From: an uncultured Victivallales bacterium
GTDB taxonomy: Bacteria; Verrucomicrobiota; Lentisphaeria; Victivallales; UBA1829
NCBI GenBank assembly: GCA_944391115.1
Contig: CALXSJ010000004.1
Span: forward strand, 101,957 to 165,956
Direction of reading: 5' to 3'
DNA: 64,000 nucleotides
In this document: in pieces, positions 9,266-17,367 of the stretch
Layout of the letters: the number at the start of each line of letters is the position of its first letter
Numbering within the stretch: the first letter of the stretch is position 1
Notes under the pieces: model-generated
Told to the model about the DNA's origin: nothing
The model's database searches: none
Seen by the model: only the letters and a program-made list of their open reading frames with translations
Program-made: the position numbers and the translations under genes

Positions 9266-9830
9266 GGACGTCCTCCTTCCCCTCCCCTTCCAGCGCCTTC
9301 TTCAGCTCCTGAATCCGGTCCCGCAGGACGGCGGCCTCCTCGTATTCCTCATTCCGGATCCGGATTTCCAGTTCCTGCTGGCAGTCGGCTATCTTTTTGC
9401 GGAGAGCAACTTTCTCGATCACATCCTCGGTCCGATGATCCGTTTCATGATTCCGCGGAGTCTTCCCGAGATGCGTCGACCCGCGGTGCATATTTTCCAA
9501 TACGCCGGACAACACCTCGGAAAAGACCAGATAACACTCGGGGCAGCCGAGACGGCCGGTCTTCCGGAAACGTTCCGCATCCCAGCCGCAGGCGGCGCAT
9601 TTCACGGACGGCGCGGCGGACGTCTCCTCGGCTCCGCCGGCATTTTCCTGCCCGTTCTCATTGGTGAAATTGTAAAGCATTTCGGCAAGGTTGAAGCTCT
9701 GGAGGATCGGTTCCGTTTCCGCATTTTTCGCGGCGCACTCCGCACAGAGATGAAACACTTTCTTTTCGCCGTTGATGATCTCCTGGACATGGATTGTGGC
9801 GGGATTCTTGTTGCAGATCTGGCACAGCAT
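9255..9830 (-). CDS. mcsA: McsA-like activator (zinc-ribbon pairs plus UVR motif)
   Basis: Has CQICNK...HLCAECA and CAACGW...CPECY Cys pairs, followed by a UVR-type helix (EEYEEAAVLRDRIQELKK). Overlaps mcsB by 11 nt. Confidence 0.85.
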   Translation of the reverse strand: MLCQICNKNPATIHVQEIINGEKKVFHLCAECAAKNAETEPILQSFNLAEMLYNFTNENGQENAGGAEETSAAPSVKCAACGWDAERFRKTGRLGCPECYLVFSEVLSGVLENMHRGSTHLGKTPRNHETDHRTEDVIEKVALRKKIADCQQELEIRIRNEEYEEAAVLRDRIQELKKALEGEGKEDVHAE

Positions 9831-9853
9831 GGAGGAGGCTCCTTGAATCAGGT

Positions 9854-10582
9854 TCAGAATGACACGTTCACATCCCCGCTGAGGGTGTGGGGCGGAGGGA
9901 CGATGAAACAGCCGGAAACGTCGTTCCAGTCGCGGTCCCAGCTGCTGAGCATCAGAGGATCGGTCGGGGGGCCCCAGGGATTGATGTCGACAATCAGGAT
10001 CTTTCCGCCCGCCGTGAAATAGATGTCCATCGCACAGTCACGCAGTTCGAGAAGCGGCGCAATTTCATTCACGAATTTCTCCGCTTTCGACCAGTAGGTC
10101 TGCCGGAGATTCACCAGACGGCGGAAATGACGGATGAGCCAGTACTGGCTCATGGCCTGCAGCTTCCCTCCGCGGATGAACAAGCGGAATTCGCGGGTCA
10201 CATCCATGCGCCGGAACGGACGGATGCAGATCCGGGAGACGGTCCCGGCCTCCGCGGCAGAACGCACCTTCGAACTTTCCGCAAGCACAGCCCATGCGCT
10301 CTTTGCCGAGCTGACCGCGCCGCGTTTCCGGAGAAAGCGTTCCGTGTCGGTCGGCGCAACCGCGTCCACGGAAACAAAACGCATCCCGCTGAATGTGCGC
10401 AGGGCAAGATTCAGGCGCGGCAGAACGGCGCTGACCACTTCGCCCTCCGTTTCTCCGGCGGAAAGGGCGGCGATTTCAGGCTCTTTCAAACTCAGGAACA
10501 CGGCGGGAAAACTGTAGGAGGACAGTTTCGGATACCAGTCCTGCATACGGTAGAAATCGTAATTTTTCACAATGAATCCCAT
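9854..10582 (-). CDS. CDC123/D123-family ATP-grasp-like protein
   Basis: 242 aa. Aligns by eye with eukaryotic CDC123: N-terminal DWYPKL, mid EFRLFIRGGKLQAMSQ, C-terminal MDIYFTAGGKILIVDINPWGPPTDPLMLSSW (compare human DIYRDSRGKVWLIDFNPFGEVTDSLLFTW). Strong RBS AAGGAAGGTGAGG sits before the ATG. Confidence 0.7.
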   Translation of the reverse strand: MGFIVKNYDFYRMQDWYPKLSSYSFPAVFLSLKEPEIAALSAGETEGEVVSAVLPRLNLALRTFSGMRFVSVDAVAPTDTERFLRKRGAVSSAKSAWAVLAESSKVRSAAEAGTVSRICIRPFRRMDVTREFRLFIRGGKLQAMSQYWLIRHFRRLVNLRQTYWSKAEKFVNEIAPLLELRDCAMDIYFTAGGKILIVDINPWGPPTDPLMLSSWDRDWNDVSGCFIVPPPHTLSGDVNVSF

Positions 10583-10599
10583 ACCTCACCTTCCTTATT

Positions 10600-11550
10600 T
10601 TAAAACAGGTCCTCGTCATCCTTCCGCGGCGGATTCAGCTGTTTCTGCACTCGGCTGAACACAACCAGGTGATAGAGGAAAAACGCAATGAAGAACACCG
10701 TCTGGAAACTCAGGAACGGAAGCGCCATCCCCGAAAAAAGAGCCGCGATGATCAATGGAGGAAACGCCGCATAAAGCGTAAGAATCAGAATCGTCCGGAA
10801 GCCCATTTTCCGTTCCGCGCCGTTCACCGACCAGAAATACTGGGCCAGAGCGAAAAAGAGCACCGCAAAAAAGCAGAGCAGCAGCATCCCGAAAAATGCC
10901 AGAATAAAAATCACAAATGCCACGCCGGAAATCATCTGCCCTGCGACAACGGCCGGATTGTCCACGGAGAAACCGTCCGGCCAGAGGGCGAGATCCTCCA
11001 TCTTCTCCCCCTTTTTCAGGCTGAAGCGGTCCGCCAGATACGCGCCGAGCTCCTCGCGGGAAGTCACCAGTTTCATCCATGGAATTTCCTGCGCAAGGCG
11101 TCCGTCGAGCACGGAACTCATCACCATATACTGCTCATGCGCAGTGCCGGACACGTTCCGGAACCATGTCACAATCGCACGGTCAAGCAGAACGATTCCA
11201 TAATCGGAGTCCCATTGCCGCACCGCGGACGGCTGAAAAGACGCGCCGGGGAAATAATCAAAACGCATCCGGGGATTCAGGATATAACTTTGCGCCTTTT
11301 CCGGATTCTTCAGCAGGCGGATGCCGGTATCCCGCGAGATCGTCACACCGCCGACCTGTTCGAACAGAACATTGCAGACGCGCCGGATCTCCCTGCCGAT
11401 CAGCCAGGTATTCACCGCGGAAAGACAGGCGGACAGAAGAACAAGCAGCAGCACGAAGTGAAAAAGCGCCCGCCAGACGGAACGGTTCATCAGCTGAAGA
11501 AAAACCGCCGTCCCGGTGCAGACCTGAAACACTGTCCTGAAAAAATTCAT
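10600..11550 (-). CDS. Polytopic membrane protein (DUF1189-like architecture)
   Basis: 316 aa. N-terminal MNFFRTVF plus a TM helix, then a soluble ~150-aa loop, then C-terminal hydrophobic helices. The family call comes only from this architecture and the N-terminal pattern. Confidence 0.55.
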   Translation of the reverse strand: MNFFRTVFQVCTGTAVFLQLMNRSVWRALFHFVLLLVLLSACLSAVNTWLIGREIRRVCNVLFEQVGGVTISRDTGIRLLKNPEKAQSYILNPRMRFDYFPGASFQPSAVRQWDSDYGIVLLDRAIVTWFRNVSGTAHEQYMVMSSVLDGRLAQEIPWMKLVTSREELGAYLADRFSLKKGEKMEDLALWPDGFSVDNPAVVAGQMISGVAFVIFILAFFGMLLLCFFAVLFFALAQYFWSVNGAERKMGFRTILILTLYAAFPPLIIAALFSGMALPFLSFQTVFFIAFFLYHLVVFSRVQKQLNPPRKDDEDLF

Positions 11551-11554
11551 CGTT

Positions 11555-12169
11555 TTAGGAAACCAGTCGCTTGATGGTGTAATTCTTATTGCCGGACTTC
11601 CGGATGATCTTTTCCAGAGCGGGAAGAATCTCTTCGAAATCCGGCGATTTCACGCGCTGGACATACACCACACCGTCCAGATGGTCGAGCTCGTGCTGGA
11701 GCGCGCGCGCCAGAAGCCCGCCGCAGTCCAGATGAACGGGCGGTCCGTCCAGGATCTGCGCCTTGAGCACAACGGAAACCGGCCGCTCCACAGGTGCGTA
11801 AATCTTCGGCACGCTCAGGCATCCTTCCTCGCGCGTCTCCAGCGCACGGGAAAACGAAACGATCTCGGGATTGACAAGAACCACCGGCATCCGGTGACAG
11901 AGTTCCGTCTCGCCAGGAGAAAGCGGCATGATGATATTTCCCGCCTTGTCCGTCGGCGGATCGACATGCAGCGCAACCATTCGCAGCGGAACGCCCACCT
12001 GCGTCGCCGCAAGACCGATGCCGTCTTTGGCATACATCGTTTCAATCAGTTTTTTCCCGAAATCGCGAATCTCATCGTCGATGCGCTGCACCATCTTCGC
12101 CTTCGCATGCAGCACGTTGTCGCCGAGAGTCCGGACTGTCAGAATTTTCTTTTTTCCGGTGTTCAGCAT
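11555..12169 (-). CDS. def: Peptide deformylase
   Basis: Contains the three Def motifs GIGLAATQVG, EGCLSVP and HELDHLDG. Start is ambiguous among ATGs at 12178, 12175 and 12169; 12169 is best spaced from GGAGG at 12183-12179. Confidence 0.9.
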   Translation of the reverse strand: MLNTGKKKILTVRTLGDNVLHAKAKMVQRIDDEIRDFGKKLIETMYAKDGIGLAATQVGVPLRMVALHVDPPTDKAGNIIMPLSPGETELCHRMPVVLVNPEIVSFSRALETREEGCLSVPKIYAPVERPVSVVLKAQILDGPPVHLDCGGLLARALQHELDHLDGVVYVQRVKSPDFEEILPALEKIIRKSGNKNYTIKRLVS

Positions 12170-12186
12170 TTCCATCATCCTCCGTT

Positions 12187-13779
12187 TCAGCACGCGGTTC
12201 CGAGCGCAAGAGTTTTTCTGATCCGGGAAGCGCATGCGCCCGTTCCGATCACGGCGGCCGTCTCATACATGCTCCCGCCGACCGTCACACCGGTCACGGC
12301 GACCCGCAGCGGCTGATTCAGCTTGCATGCGCCCATGCCGTGCGCGGACTCGACTTCGCGCAGCGTCTGTTCAACCTCCGTTTCATTCATCGACGGCTTC
12401 CGTTCAAAAATATCGGCAAGCGCGGCAAGCGCCGTCCTTGTCGTTTCGTCGGAAAGCAGCTTGCGGAATCCCTTCGGATCATATTCAAGGTCATCGCAGA
12501 AGAAGTATTTCCAGGCGTTCACGTCCTGATAGGTTTTCGTGCGGGTCTGCATCAGCGCGGCGACCTTGGCGAAAAGCTCCCGGGAAGCGGACGCGCGCCA
12601 CTCCCAGCGTCCGGCAAAATCCCATGCCTCGGATTCGAAGCGTGCAAACGGCATTTCCGCCAGATACATTCCGTTCATGTTCGCAAGCTTGACAAGGTCG
12701 AACTGCGCGGGGGACCGCTGGGCGCGGTCAATGGAAAACGCCTCGACCAGCTCCCGCCTTGTCATTTTCTCGCGGTTGTCGCCGGGCGACCATCCGAGCA
12801 GAGAAAGATAGTTGAAGAGCGCTTCCGGCAGGAATCCCTTTTCGCGGAAATCACCCACAAACGCGTCGCCGTCGCGTTTGCTGTACGGCTTTCCGGAGGC
12901 GTTCACCAGCATCGGAAGATGCGCATAAGTCGGCGGCGTGAATCCAAGAGCCTGAAACAGAAACAGATGGCGGTACGTGTTCTCCACATGATCGTCGCCC
13001 CGCACAATGTGGGTCACGCGCTGCGTCACGTCGTCGCAGACGTTCGCCAGATGGAAGACCGGGCTGCCGTCGCTGCGGATGATGACAAGATCCTTGATTC
13101 CGTCGAGCGGTTTTGCCAGTTCCCCTTTCACGAGATCGTTGAAAAAGACTTCACGGCGCGAAAACTCGAACGCGGCGGCTCCGGAAATGATTTTCGGCTC
13201 AACCAGCTGTTCCACCTCACGGATATTGGAAGCGTCAAGCGTGAAAATCACGTTTCCGGCTCCGTCGAACACGTTCAGATCCTTGAATCCCGCAAGTCCG
13301 GCTGCATTTTCAACGGTTTTTCCCTTGTGGTTGACCACGGACCAGGTCAGCCCGGCGCGGGAAACTGCAAACGGCGCTTCCGGCGCCAGTTCCGTGCGGA
13401 CGCGTCCGCAGGCACGGACAAAGGGGAAGGAATCGCAGTCATACGGGAGACGGAACAGCACCGGGGAGCCGGGCTGTCCCGGATTGAGTTCATAAGCAAC
13501 CCCTCTGGCGATCAGGTCGCGCGCCGCCTGCTTGTGATGTTCGCTCTGGGAGGTCTGGTACATCACCTCGCCGTCGTAATCAAGTCCAAGCCATTTCATG
13601 CACTCGAACAGGGCGTCGATCGCCTGTTTTGTGGAACGCTCCAGATCGGTGTCCTCAATGCGGAGCAGGAACTCTCCTCCGCAATGGCGGGTGTAAAGCC
13701 AGTTGAAAATTGCGGTTCTGATATTGCCGATATGAACCTGTCCCGTGGGGGACGGCGCGAATCTGGCTCTGAAATCCAT
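12187..13779 (-). CDS. gltX: Glutamate--tRNA ligase
   Basis: N-terminus RFAPSPTGQVHIGNIRTAIFNW carries the HIGH motif, and a YSKR-type second motif is present. ATG at 13779 (MDFRARF) is preceded by AAGGAG; the track start at 13809 is less likely. Confidence 0.9.
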   Translation of the reverse strand: MDFRARFAPSPTGQVHIGNIRTAIFNWLYTRHCGGEFLLRIEDTDLERSTKQAIDALFECMKWLGLDYDGEVMYQTSQSEHHKQAARDLIARGVAYELNPGQPGSPVLFRLPYDCDSFPFVRACGRVRTELAPEAPFAVSRAGLTWSVVNHKGKTVENAAGLAGFKDLNVFDGAGNVIFTLDASNIREVEQLVEPKIISGAAAFEFSRREVFFNDLVKGELAKPLDGIKDLVIIRSDGSPVFHLANVCDDVTQRVTHIVRGDDHVENTYRHLFLFQALGFTPPTYAHLPMLVNASGKPYSKRDGDAFVGDFREKGFLPEALFNYLSLLGWSPGDNREKMTRRELVEAFSIDRAQRSPAQFDLVKLANMNGMYLAEMPFARFESEAWDFAGRWEWRASASRELFAKVAALMQTRTKTYQDVNAWKYFFCDDLEYDPKGFRKLLSDETTRTALAALADIFERKPSMNETEVEQTLREVESAHGMGACKLNQPLRVAVTGVTVGGSMYETAAVIGTGACASRIRKTLALGTAC

Positions 13780-13912
13780 CGTATTGCTCCTTAAATAAAG
13801 TATGCGCAAAAGCGGTTTGGACTTTTGCGCGCTGAAAAAACAATTCTGAAAATGAACTTTCCCGGAGCTCCGCGGAGAATCGCCGCCGCGGAGGATTCCG
13901 GAACGTCCGCGG

Positions 13913-15325
13913 TCAGTATTCGCCGGTCGCCGCCATCAGCTGAGCTTTGGCATTATGCATGTTGATGACGTAGGTCGCAAGGGAGGTTTCCGCATCGACC
14001 AGGTCGCGCTGCGCCTCGTTCAGACGGGTCAGCTCGGTATTTCCGGCACGGTATTCCTCATCGACGAGGTCGCGGATTTTCCGGTAAAGTTCCAGACTCT
14101 TCTGGAAAATCTTGACCTGTTTCAGACATGTAAGATAGTTGTCATAGGCGGTTCTGACTTCGGCAACCACGGTGATCCACGTGTTTGCCAGCGAGTAGTC
14201 GCTCTGGAGCATGGCGGCCTGGAAGCGCCGCATATTGAAGAAGGTTTCCCCGCCGCTGAACAGCTCCCAGGAGACATTCCCCCCGTAACTGAAGTAAAAG
14301 GTTTCACTTTTATTGGTGCGGCTGTTGGAGTCGTCATACGCCTTGATGCGGCTCTGTCCGACAGTATAGCCGATGTTCGCATTCAGGGAGACGGTCGGTC
14401 CGAAGGAACAGATGGATCCCCAGTAGTTGTATTTGGCGACTTCAAGCGCCTCGCGGTATGCCTTGAGGTCGGGACGGCTCGCGAGAGCGGTATCCAGATA
14501 GACGGCAAGACTGGAGAGAACCTCGCCGTCGGGAGACGGCACGCCGGGGAACTGCACTTCCTCGTGAATCGTGCCCTCTGTCAGCCCCATCAGCTGGGCG
14601 AGCGCGTATTTGGAGGCGGCAAGCTGATACTGCGCGGCATACAGGTCGGATTCCGCGGAGTTGTAGTAGGCCTTGAAGTTGAGCACATCGCTCAGAGGGA
14701 CGGCGCCGACTTCGAACTTCAGTTCGTTTTCCTTCAACTGGGAATTCTGGAATTTCATGTTTTCCTTGGCGATCACGATTTTGGCATTCGCCAGCAGGAT
14801 GTCATTGTAGGCGTAGGCGACGGTCCGCACAAGGATGCGGCGGGCGTCAAGTTCGAGCGCTTCGCTCTGCTTCCAGTTGTGGCGGGCGGCAAGCAGGTTC
14901 ATCTCGCGGACAAAAGAGTCGAAGAGCAGCCAGTTCGCGGTTGCGCTGGGACCGTTTTCAAACGAGCGGGAGCCGTTCTGGATGTTGTTGTAAACATTGT
15001 TGGGCTCATTGAACGTATGGGTAATGGAATATCCCGCGGTAATGGTCGGCATGTAGGGGGCAAAGGCCGCATAATAGGACGCCCGGGCGGCGACGACTGC
15101 GAAATACTTTGTCTTGAAGTCCGGATTGTTCTGAACTGCAAGATTCTGGGCATCCTCCAGCGTCAGAAGCTTCTGGGTGATATCCAGTTTCTTGTGTTCC
15201 GAACCGGGAATGCTGGTGAACGCGCTTCTTGAAATCGCCACCGGAGGTTTCGGATACGACGTGCACCCTGAGAGGACGACCAGTCCAGACAGAGCAAATA
15301 CCGCTGCAATACGTTTTCTGTCCAT
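13913..15325 (-). CDS. TolC/NodT-type outer-membrane efflux lipoprotein
   Basis: Lipobox signal MDRKRIAAVFALSGLVVLSGC. Two-repeat outer-membrane-factor pattern with coiled segments (LAARHNWKQSEALELDARR, LNEAQRDLVDAETSLATYVI). No RND or MFP partner genes are adjacent. Confidence 0.8.
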   Translation of the reverse strand: MDRKRIAAVFALSGLVVLSGCTSYPKPPVAISRSAFTSIPGSEHKKLDITQKLLTLEDAQNLAVQNNPDFKTKYFAVVAARASYYAAFAPYMPTITAGYSITHTFNEPNNVYNNIQNGSRSFENGPSATANWLLFDSFVREMNLLAARHNWKQSEALELDARRILVRTVAYAYNDILLANAKIVIAKENMKFQNSQLKENELKFEVGAVPLSDVLNFKAYYNSAESDLYAAQYQLAASKYALAQLMGLTEGTIHEEVQFPGVPSPDGEVLSSLAVYLDTALASRPDLKAYREALEVAKYNYWGSICSFGPTVSLNANIGYTVGQSRIKAYDDSNSRTNKSETFYFSYGGNVSWELFSGGETFFNMRRFQAAMLQSDYSLANTWITVVAEVRTAYDNYLTCLKQVKIFQKSLELYRKIRDLVDEEYRAGNTELTRLNEAQRDLVDAETSLATYVINMHNAKAQLMAATGEY

Positions 15326-15483
15326 TTCGTGAAATCCTTTAGCCTGTTTATCAAAAGCCCTGCGGCCTGCCGTTTTGTTACCCATCTGTTTTATAAGTGA
15401 GTATTATACACTTATCTTCCCCTGAATTCAAACAGAAAGCGGCGCGGAAATGATTTTTTTATTAAATTATTTTGCTGCTGAAA

Positions 15484-15533
15484 TAAAAAAAACGTTTTCC
15501 GGAGCTCCGCGGACAGTGCGGAGAGCCGGAAAA
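15484..15533 (-). terminator. Rho-independent terminator after the GH20 gene
   Basis: 16-bp imperfect stem TTTTCCGGAGCTCCGC / GCGGAGAGCCGGAAAA. On the minus strand it is followed by a T-run (the plus-strand A-run at 15484-15492). Confidence 0.65.
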
Positions 15534-15606
15534 CGGCGGAAACACCGGGACCATTCCGCCGGCGGAGCATTCTCCGGACGCCGGCGGACAATGCGGAAAA
15601 TCCGGA

Positions 15607-17367
15607 TCAGACCTCTTTCGTCCGCTCCAGCTGCCGCCGGAAATCCGCATTGAGTTTCTCCAGGTAGCCGAAACGGGAGCGGATGAAATCCTCCACCGTG
15701 GTTTCTTCATAAAAATCCCGGAGCAGGGTCCGCATCTCCTCCCGGAACGCGGCAAGTTTGTCTGCCAGCGCGGCGGAATAGCGTTTCATCATGTTCAGCC
15801 GGTAATCCGGAATCGCATGTCCAAGCTGTCCGTCGTAATACTGAAGATAATTGACAATGCGCGTCCGTTCCGTCACAAGAGACTCGGCGGCGGCCGCATA
15901 GCGCAGGAAATTCAGGCGGCGCGACCCGGGATTGACTCCCGCAATCCGGTCATAGACATACGGCTTCTTCCCGATATGGAGAACCGCCTCCGACAACACG
16001 GGATCAAGGATCTCCCCGTAAAACAGCAGGGAGAAATTCCGGATGAACGCTTCCAGGCACATGGGGGCCCCGCTCCACATGCTCATGGCTCCATATGCGA
16101 TCGGGAACCAGGAACTCTCGTGCGGTTCCGCAGGACAATCCGCCGAGGCGATCCTGGTCCATCCGGTCGCGACAACGCATTCCAGGCGGTTTTCGACCGC
16201 GCTCTTGGCCCAGGCGTCCATATTCTGCGCGCGGATTTCCAGCGGAGGAAGAGAGCCCGCCCAGTTGTCACATCCGGAAAAACCGCTCGCCCCCCAGACC
16301 TTCGCACCTGAAACGAGATACTCATGCAGGTAGGGGAAAACGTTGTTTATCCCTCCATAACCGTATGCCCAGTACATGAGCACGGCTTTCTTTCCGAGCA
16401 TCCAGCAGGCCTTCGCTTCGGCTTCGGACAGGTGTCCGTGCAGATTGCGCAGTATATCCTCCCACATGACCGGAGTTCTGCCGTGCGCGATCAGATAATC
16501 AATGCATGCCTCCGTTTTCTTCAGGTAGGAGCCGGCTTTCCCGAGTTTTGCGCATTTCACGCAGCGTCCGAGCATGTCGGTTTCATCCGCGCCGATATGA
16601 AAATATTCCGTGTGCTCGGCAAAGCATTCCATCAGCTCCGACGCCATGGCCTCCCACAGTTTCTGCGCAGCGGGAGAAGACGCGCAATACTGGAACGGAT
16701 GCCCGTCCTCGCGGAGATCCGCATACCTTTTGTGCTTCAGAAGATAATCCGCATGGGCGAGACACTGCAGTTTCGGGACAATCATGATATTCAGCGCACG
16801 GGCATAGCGGCTGAATTCACGCATTTCCTCGAAGGTATAGGCGTCCTTCACCCCGACGCCGGGGGCGCAGCGGTAATCGTATTTGTCCTCCAGCTCAAGC
16901 AGGATGGCGTTGATCTTGAGGGAAGCCAGAATCCGCATCTCCTCCTTCAGCACCTCGAGCTTCGGCTGAAAGCCTTTCAGGTCCCAGTGCATCATGCGGA
17001 TCGGAATGGACGCATGATCCCGGATTTCCATGCACTGCACGGATGAGGGGAACTGCAGCAGAGTCTGAATGCCGTAAAACAGACCGCCGGCCGATGCCGC
17101 ATCGATGCGAATGCAGTCCTCCGTGACGCGCAGCACATAGGCATCCGCTTCTGCTCCGGCATCAGCCGGAGACATTCCGGACTTGCCAGAAGTGAATTCG
17201 GCAAAAAAACCTTTTTTGCTCCGCACGACTTTCAAATCCGGGAAACGCTCTTTGAGGAGCGATTCCGTTTCTTCGTTCACTCCCGCGCACCGGAGTCTCC
17301 GCATGGCACCCATGCAGCAGACCCCGCGGGCGGGGACCATCTGTTTCACAGGCGGGATCAAGTTCAT
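15607..17367 (-). CDS. GH20-like glycoside hydrolase (beta-N-acetylhexosaminidase family)
   Basis: GH20b-like N-domain (YVLRVTEDCIRIDAASAGGLFYGIQTLLQ). Catalytic TIM barrel with IRDHASIPIRMMHWD and HIGADE (D-E pair). ATG at 17367 overlaps the regulator stop (ATGA). Confidence 0.7.
   Translation of the reverse strand: MNLIPPVKQMVPARGVCCMGAMRRLRCAGVNEETESLLKERFPDLKVVRSKKGFFAEFTSGKSGMSPADAGAEADAYVLRVTEDCIRIDAASAGGLFYGIQTLLQFPSSVQCMEIRDHASIPIRMMHWDLKGFQPKLEVLKEEMRILASLKINAILLELEDKYDYRCAPGVGVKDAYTFEEMREFSRYARALNIMIVPKLQCLAHADYLLKHKRYADLREDGHPFQYCASSPAAQKLWEAMASELMECFAEHTEYFHIGADETDMLGRCVKCAKLGKAGSYLKKTEACIDYLIAHGRTPVMWEDILRNLHGHLSEAEAKACWMLGKKAVLMYWAYGYGGINNVFPYLHEYLVSGAKVWGASGFSGCDNWAGSLPPLEIRAQNMDAWAKSAVENRLECVVATGWTRIASADCPAEPHESSWFPIAYGAMSMWSGAPMCLEAFIRNFSLLFYGEILDPVLSEAVLHIGKKPYVYDRIAGVNPGSRRLNFLRYAAAAESLVTERTRIVNYLQYYDGQLGHAIPDYRLNMMKRYSAALADKLAAFREEMRTLLRDFYEETTVEDFIRSRFGYLEKLNADFRRQLERTKEV

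Noticed and set aside
7601-9667. 688-aa plus-strand ORF spanning the HK/mcsB/mcsA region
   Set aside because: It is antisense to three well-supported genes. Its composition is dominated by R, Q, H, G and P, and it has no recognisable domain.
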